Of a DNA stretch of 64,000 bases, positions 62,501 through 64,000 are shown piece by piece. The stretch's first letter is position 1. Every line of letters starts with the position of its first letter. The notes under the pieces are model-generated. The model was not told where the DNA came from. It worked only from the letters and a program-made list of their open reading frames with translations, and did not search any database. The translations under genes and the position numbers were made by a program. The stretch covers positions 372,001 to 436,000 of the forward strand of contig JAQGDQ010000070.1 of NCBI GenBank assembly GCA_030141605.1. Direction: 5' to 3'. Source of the stretch: Tubiluchus corallicola (lineage: Eukaryota > Animalia > Priapulida).

Positions 62501-62891
62501 TATGAACCATCTGATTTGTCCTGGGCCACGGCACGTCAGTACCGGGACCGACTTTCTCTGCCTCACCTTGATGCTTCTCGGTCATAACGGATTCTTGTTC
62601 AACGGTCGCACAGTCTAATGCATCTAAATCATCTATAGAACACTTTTGTTCTTTATTTTGGCTATCAGAAACCTGTTCACTTGAACGTTCTACCTCACCA
62701 GCCTGTTCCTCAAGTGTTTTCTCGGAGAGAACAGACTCTCGACTTACAGAAGCACAACCGCAACCGACTTGGTTCGACTCGTCTTTAGAACAATGCTTGT
62801 CACTTTCTTCATCAGTCGATGTTTTGACTGTTGTTGAAAGTAACACGACAAGCACGAGACACGCAGCAGCTCTTGTATTTAATCTCATCAT
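56546..62891 (-). CDS. SUMF1: Formylglycine-generating enzyme (sulfatase-modifying factor 1), 425 aa. Coding exons 62891-62337, 61835-61678, 61108-60986, 59518-59398, 58872-58759, 58048-57989, 56692-56546
   Basis: Signal peptide, N-terminal GCGC motif, GGEFLMGT…[46 protein letters not shown]…[13 protein letters not shown] and [10 protein letters not shown]. The catalytic [20 protein letters not shown] retains the Cys pair that separates FGE from its paralog pFGE/SUMF2. NLGFRCA is present and all junctions are in phase. Confidence 0.95.
56796..57280 (+). mobile_element. L2/CR1-clade LINE 3' fragment in SUMF1 intron 6 (antisense to the gene)
   Basis: Frameshifted remnants …FDYCN…, [23 protein letters not shown], …DRSFSVA…, KKLKTRLF, the typical L2 ORF2 C-terminus. 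Confidence 0.8.
60661..60712 (+). pseudogene. 5S rRNA-derived fragment (internal control region), possibly part of a SINE
   Basis: GATTAAGCAATGCGTAGCCTGGTCAGTAAATGGATGGTTAACAGCC aligns by eye with 5S GCTAAGCAGGGTCGGGCCTGGTTAGTACTTGGATGGGAGACCGCC. Confidence 0.5.
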
Positions 62892-64000
62892 GATTATCTG
62901 TCAGCGTAACATCTGCTAAAAAAACTACAAAAACAAAGTAAAAACGTGTGTAATTTCAAATCTAAATTACCAGACAATCATGAAAAACAGCTGCAAATAG
63001 CAGTACTGTTTTGCAGCAGTTTTTCATTCATAAAACCAACAATGACCTTCAAAGAGTAACAAAGGTTAAAACAAAAACAAACTTGCAAATACGTTTGTTA
63101 GCTAGCTACTAGTGTATATATAATTTAGCTCATTATATGCCAACTACACAGACATAAGAAACACAGACGGTCACGTATACAAATATGTTACTCAAACACA
63201 TACAAGGGAGCATATATCACGTTCTCAATAAAACATTGGCAAATATTTGCAAAATAAGATACTGGTCAATATTAGACTCAAAGTGCTATGTGGTCTCTAT
63301 TATACGCACACAGTTAAGTGTAAAATTACTACATGTAGGCTACCTTGTGTTTGAACACTGCAGTTTGAAGTATTTTGAGCTTTTGAATACACATCGCAAC
63401 AATCAGTAAGGAAAATAGCTTATGAAAGGAAATTAAATCTATTTGTTCTTTTGATGTGTACTTAATTAAAGTACTTTTGGCACATGTGCTTAACTAAGGC
63501 ACTTGCTGCTTCACATACTTAACTAACAACAGGTGTCTTTTTTCTTTCACTTGCTTTCTCTCTTTGTCTTGAGGTATGCAACACCACACCTATTGCAAAG
63601 TGCTGTAGCATTTTTGTGCGCATATGCAACACCACCAAAAAAACAACCAGTCCAGTATATGACAAAATTACCTTTAAATCTGTATGAAACTAAAGTCACT
63701 AAACCAAATTCTCTTCAAAGTCAAAGTCAAAAGTCAAACAAAACATGTTAAAGAGAAAAAGTCATTTACTTAACTAAGAGTTAAATATAATAAATTCATG
63801 GCACTGCACAAATAATGGTTGATTAAAAATAGACAGTTAAATAGTACTAACTGCTTTAAATGTATGTAAAACTTACAATTATTATTTTGCAAAATACAAA
63901 TATAATTAAAAAAGTAGCTAAATACGTAGGTAACAACTGAACAAAAACTTTTACGTACTTCACCATACATACAACAAAGTTAACAATTTATTTCGATATA

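Overview
AT-rich genomic DNA from a non-vertebrate animal, with GT-AG introns and a protostome/invertebrate-type synaptotagmin-1. I assembled five protein-coding genes by hand, with reading frames checked across the splice junctions: R3HDM4-like (+, 2 coding exons), an intronless amine-receptor/TAAR-like class A GPCR (-), TDP1 carrying an N-terminal PBZ zinc finger (-, 15 coding exons), synaptotagmin-1 (+, with a duplicated mutually exclusive C2B exon pair) and SUMF1/FGE (-, 7 coding exons). Introns and intergenic DNA hold MITEs/DNA-transposon relics, LINE fragments, microsatellites, a ~1.9 kb foldback with a nested TA-targeting MITE, and a small family of Penelope-type minimal hammerhead-ribozyme motifs. 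Most notable: (1) the GPCR lacks Asp3.32 and the TM3-ECL2 disulfide but has Asp5.42, the non-classical amine-binding arrangement known from teleost TAARs; (2) UGCAUG (Rbfox) sites are positioned to switch between the two Syt1 C2B exons; (3) an inverted pair of hammerhead motifs forms one hairpin. No database searches were run. Family assignments rest on motif recognition, and transposon boundaries are approximate unless a TSD is given.
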